Of a stretch of DNA of 64,000 nt, positions 60,510 to 64,000 are shown in pieces (positions within the stretch are counted from its first letter, which is position 1; every line of letters begins with the position of its first letter). This stretch comes from an uncultured delta proteobacterium (lineage in GTDB: Bacteria > Desulfobacterota > RBG-13-43-22). The position numbers were made by a program, and so were the translations under genes. The DNA is taken from assembly GCA_963843145.1 (NCBI GenBank), contig CAWJJC010000002.1, forward strand, positions 1 to 64,000, read 5' to 3'. Below the pieces are notes generated by a model. The model did not search any database, was not told where the DNA came from, and worked only from the letters and a program-made list of their open reading frames with translations.

Positions 60510-61393
60510 ATGCAGGCAGAAAGCTTTGATTTGGGATTAGTTAGATAGAGGGATGAAGGTGTGGAGGTAATTTGAACGTGAGGTCGGGCAGGCGGTGGAC
60601 GCGAGCGGGAAGGCTCGGAGTGGTCGCTCCGAGCTGTCCGTGCGAGTCCATTGAGCGTTTCGGCGTTGGACGGTGGGCCGGTTTTCTCCTTTGGTTCCCG
60701 TGAGGTGCGGGGTGACGGTTCGTCCGTTGCCGTGTGTCGCCTTGGGCGCGTCGCGCCCTTCCGGCCCCGGGGGGTGGGCTTTTCCGCTCTCTGGCTGTTG
60801 TGCCTCCTGCTCTCTGCGTGTGCTTGTGTCAGAGGGTTGGGAGCGTCGCGGACCGCTGATGATCGAACACCGCCTGATCGAACAAATGCTCAATGTGATC
60901 CGGCGTACCTTGGAGGGTGTTGAGCAAACGCAGTCGATTGATCCCTACTTTGTGGATACGGCCGTTGACTTTATTCGGGTTTACGCCGATCGTACCCACC
61001 ACGGCAAGGAAGAAGACCTCTTATTCAAAGAACTGCGGAACAAGCACTTGTCCAGCGAAGACGGAAAGGTTATGGATGAACTGATTGAAGACCACGTCTT
61101 CAGCCGCCAAACCACCAAGGCCCTGATAGAGGCCAATCGGGCTTATCGGAGAGGAAACCAGGCGGCCCTGGGTGAGGTGACGGCCTGTCTGAAAACCCTC
61201 GTCGATTTCTATCCCAAGCATATCAGGAAAGAAGACGATAGTGTTCTTCCCCGCTTCCCGGATTTACTTCTCAGACGAGGAAGATCAGGCCATGCTGGCC
61301 ATGTTTTGGGAGTTTGACCGAAAGATGATTCATGAGAAGTACCAGGCGGTGGTCAGGGAGTTTAGGCTAAATGAAAATTTGTTGACAAAATAG
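60510..61393 (+). CDS. Hemerythrin-domain protein, interrupted at 60519-60846 and frameshifted near 61240
   Basis: AAGGAG-ATG CAG GCA...CGC GGA CCG CTG ATG gives MQA|RGPLMIEHRLIE; HHGKEE, EDH and HIRKED. Confidence 0.8.
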
Positions 61394-61397
61394 AGAT

Positions 61398-61554
61398 TGA
61401 TGGTTTCGCAAAAAGTCCCCAGCGCTGTCATTGCGAGGAGTGAAACGACGAAGCAATCCCCAAGAATCAGCTAGTTACCATGGTGGGGATTAGCTTCCCC
61501 GGATCAAGTCCGGGGTCGCAATGACAGGTTTTTGGACTTTTTGCGAGGTTGTCA
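61398..61554. mobile_element. Miniature inverted-repeat element, 157 bp, with 4-bp flanking repeat
   Basis: agat|tgatggtttcgcaaaaagtcc...ggactttttgcgaggttgtca|agat; the cargo is a GTCATTGCGAG REP pair. Confidence 0.75.
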
Positions 61555-61579
61555 AGATTGACTGTCAAAATAGATTAAA

Positions 61580-61882
61580 ATGTCATACGAAAAGAAAATG
61601 GAAATAGCTAAAATTGGCAGGCGTGGGCAGCTTACCTTGCCTCGAAAGGTGAGGGGGGCCTTAAGAGTGAAAGAAGGAGACCGGTTGTTTTTCATCAGCC
61701 GGGGGGAGGAAGTTGTCATCAAACCGCTAAGGCAAACGCTTCTTGACCTCCGGGGTACGGTCCCGGTAAAGGGAGAACAAGATTTCGATGAAATCCGAAA
61801 AAAAGTGAGGATGTCCGTAAGCCGGAAAGCTGCCGATAGGGATAAACTGAGGATGCTCGGAAATAATCAAGGCATTCGATAA
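61580..61882 (+). CDS. Orphan AbrB/MazE-type antitoxin
   Basis: AKIGRRGQLTLPRKVRGALRVKEGDRL; no toxin follows. Confidence 0.8.
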   Translation: MSYEKKMEIAKIGRRGQLTLPRKVRGALRVKEGDRLFFISRGEEVVIKPLRQTLLDLRGTVPVKGEQDFDEIRKKVRMSVSRKAADRDKLRMLGNNQGIR

Positions 61883-62928
61883 ACCAGCGCGTTAATATTC
61901 ATCCCGGCTCCCACGGAGGCAAAGACCGCGATTTCTCCGGAACGCAGGATATGGTTGTTCATTTCTCCTTTTTGCAGCAGATCCAGGAGCGTCGGCAAGG
62001 TGGCCACGGAACTGTTGCCCAGCCAGGAAATCGTCATGGGCATAATTTCCAGGGGGCCTTCCTCGATTTGATACAATTTAAATAATCTTTTCAGAATGGC
62101 CTCATCCATCTTCTGGTTGGCCTGATGGATCAGGAGTTTCTTCACTTCCGCTAAGGGAATACCGGCCTTGTCCAGGCATTTTTTTACCGTATCCGCCACG
62201 GTTTTGACCGCGTACTTGTAGACCTCGTGTCCGTGCATCTTCAGGAACTGGCGGTCTCCGCAGGATTCAGGGTGATACGATCGGTCGAACCACAAGAGAT
62301 ACGCTTCCTGGTGGGTATCGGACCGGGAAACATGGGAGAGGATTCCGGCATCTTTTTCGGTTCCCTCCACCAGGGTGGCGCCGGCTCCATCGGAATAAAT
62401 CATGTGGTCGATGTCATGAGGATCGGAAACCCGGGATAAGGTCTCTGTTCCGATAACCAGAACCTTCCGCGCGTCCCCGGAGCGGATATAATAATCGGCC
62501 GCGATCATCCCTTGCAGCCAGCCGGGGCAACCGAAGAGGATATCATAGGCCACGGTAAAAGGATTTTTAATCCCGAGTTTATGTTTCACCCGAGCCGCAA
62601 TGGAGGGAACGATATCGCAACGATGAAGGTCCGCCGTGATTTCCCCAAAGTTATGGGCCACAATAATATAATCCAGGGTTTCCCGGTCCGTACCCTCCAA
62701 AGCCCGTTCGGCCGATTGAAAAGCAATATCGGAAGTATTCAGATCAGCGGACACATAGCGCCGCTCCTGAATCCCGGTTATTTCCTGGAATTTTGCAATG
62801 ATCTCGGCGTTCGGCCGGGCAAGTTTTTTTCCGTCGGCCCCGTAAAAATCATGGTCCAAAAAATAGGCATTGGCAACTTTTTGGGTCGGGATATAGCATC
62901 CGGAGCCGGTAATAATCGAACGGGTCAT
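61867..62928 (-). CDS. fabH: 3-oxoacyl-ACP synthase III family protein
   Basis: TGIQERRY, FGCPGW (catalytic Cys), DGAGA, HQAN, GNSS and VGAG. Confidence 0.88.
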   Translation of the reverse strand: MTRSIITGSGCYIPTQKVANAYFLDHDFYGADGKKLARPNAEIIAKFQEITGIQERRYVSADLNTSDIAFQSAERALEGTDRETLDYIIVAHNFGEITADLHRCDIVPSIAARVKHKLGIKNPFTVAYDILFGCPGWLQGMIAADYYIRSGDARKVLVIGTETLSRVSDPHDIDHMIYSDGAGATLVEGTEKDAGILSHVSRSDTHQEAYLLWFDRSYHPESCGDRQFLKMHGHEVYKYAVKTVADTVKKCLDKAGIPLAEVKKLLIHQANQKMDEAILKRLFKLYQIEEGPLEIMPMTISWLGNSSVATLPTLLDLLQKGEMNNHILRSGEIAVFASVGAGMNINALVYRMP

Positions 62929-63309
62929 AATAAAAACCGCCTGTTTCCTTAAAGAGATAATCCGTCTTACTTAAACCTGCCGCCTAATTATTAAGTAAGA
63001 ATTACATCAAGAATTATATCATCAATCGGCAGGAATTTCCATCTTCATTTCAATCTCCTCCCAGGAATCGGACCACAAATCAAACAGCGGGCCGGTTCTA
63101 TATCCCCGGACATCCGGGCCGGCGTCGAGCCAGGCCGTGACCTTGCACATATAATTTGCTGAAAATGCTATCAAAAAACCCTATCCTGGCTGCCGAACCC
63201 TCGATCGGGCCGACCTTTTCCCGGGCAGAAGGTTGAACCCGGCGTCTGATGAAAAGCGCTGTAGACATTTGAGAGGGCCCGTGATAAATTTATAATTTTT
63301 TGTGATCTA

Positions 63310-64000
63310 ATGGCCAAGCAAGTCGCGCAGATTATTCAGGATTATTTGGAACAGGCCACCCTGGAGCGGCGCTATTCGGACCATTCGCTGCGGGCCTACC
63401 GGCATGACCTGAAAGAGTTCCAACATTATTTGGCCGAACAGGGCGTCCAGGATCTGGGGGCCATCAGTGCCATTCTGCTGCGGGGCTTCCTGGGTTCCCT
63501 ATTGAAGAAAAACAGCAAAGCCACCGTGGGCCGGAAGGTGGCGGCCCTGCGGGCCTGCTTTAATTTTGCTCAGCGCAAGGGTTGGATCCAGGAAAACCCG
63601 ACGGTCCTGTTGCGGGCCCCCAAACTGGAGAAACATCTCCCGCCTTTCCTGTCGGAAGGGGAAGCGGATCGTCTCCTCATACCGCCGCTGGACGAAACCT
63701 GGCTGATCAAGCGGGATCAGGCGATTTTTGAATTGTTTTATGCTTCCGGGATGCGCTTGAGCGAATTGGCCGGGTTAAACTGGCCGAATATCGATTTTTC
63801 CATTCGAATGGTTCGAGTCTTGGGCAAGGGAGGGCGGGAACGGATCGTTCCCCTGGGGCGGGTGGCCGTTGAGGCCCTTCAGGGATACCAGCGGGCCGTT
63901 GAAGAGGCCGTCCGGGTCTCGGGTTTGAAGGTGAAGGACGTTCAGATTGTGTTCTTAAACCGTTCCGGTGGCCGGTTGACCGATCGGACCATCGCCCGGC
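63310..64000 (+). CDS. xerC: Tyrosine recombinase XerC-like, partial (runs off window; not in ORF track)
   Basis: ERRYSDHSLRAYRHDL, KHLPPFL, RDQAIFELFYASGMRLSEL and VRVLGKGGRERIVP. Confidence 0.85.
   Translation, partial: MAKQVAQIIQDYLEQATLERRYSDHSLRAYRHDLKEFQHYLAEQGVQDLGAISAILLRGFLGSLLKKNSKATVGRKVAALRACFNFAQRKGWIQENPTVLLRAPKLEKHLPPFLSEGEADRLLIPPLDETWLIKRDQAIFELFYASGMRLSELAGLNWPNIDFSIRMVRVLGKGGRERIVPLGRVAVEALQGYQRAVEEAVRVSGLKVKDVQIVFLNRSGGRLTDRTIAR

Noticed and set aside
63050-63260. Structured ncRNA such as 6S RNA between fabH and xerC
   Set aside because: There are some GC-rich stems, but I could not establish the conserved fold by eye; it needs an Rfam search.
63310-64000. Integron integrase for the cassette-like array
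   Set aside because: The N-terminus and motifs look like chromosomal XerC and it is 18 kb away; the C-terminal part is outside the window.

Overview
This window is a composite. Bases 1 to ~7768 are very GC-rich, indel-riddled actinobacterial (Microbacteriaceae-like) sequence: lipoprotein, cls, DUF4192, lysS, panC and DUF2520. At ~7769 this is joined directly into the middle of thrS of a Desulfobacterota-like genome, which is almost certainly a chimeric read or assembly join. The larger segment carries thrS'-infC-rpmI-rplT-pheS-pheT-merR-uvrC-tatBC, a cluster of eroded toxin-antitoxin (TA) modules, hrcA-grpE-dnaK, cysE, tldD/pmbA and peptidoglycan-recycling genes. It continues with a sigma54 two-component envelope/metal module, alaC-hom-apgM, and an accessory island (TA relics, integron-cassette-like pieces, McrB/McrC-like pair). 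Two DMSO-reductase-family molybdoenzymes with an Fe-S subunit follow, then a ~3 kb purine-rich stretch that looks like sequencing noise, hemerythrin, fabH and xerC'. The most striking unexplained signal is in the intergenic spaces. Many contain inverted repeats built from 6-, 7- or 9-nt tandem units, often nested with REP-like hairpins and with a TGA...TCA-ended ~157-bp miniature element. One such inverted-repeat pair encloses a truncated four-helix-bundle (23S rRNA IVP/bAvd-like) gene, suggesting a dispersed mobile-element system. No rRNA, tRNA or CRISPR array was recognised. Family assignments come from motif recognition by eye, not from database searches.
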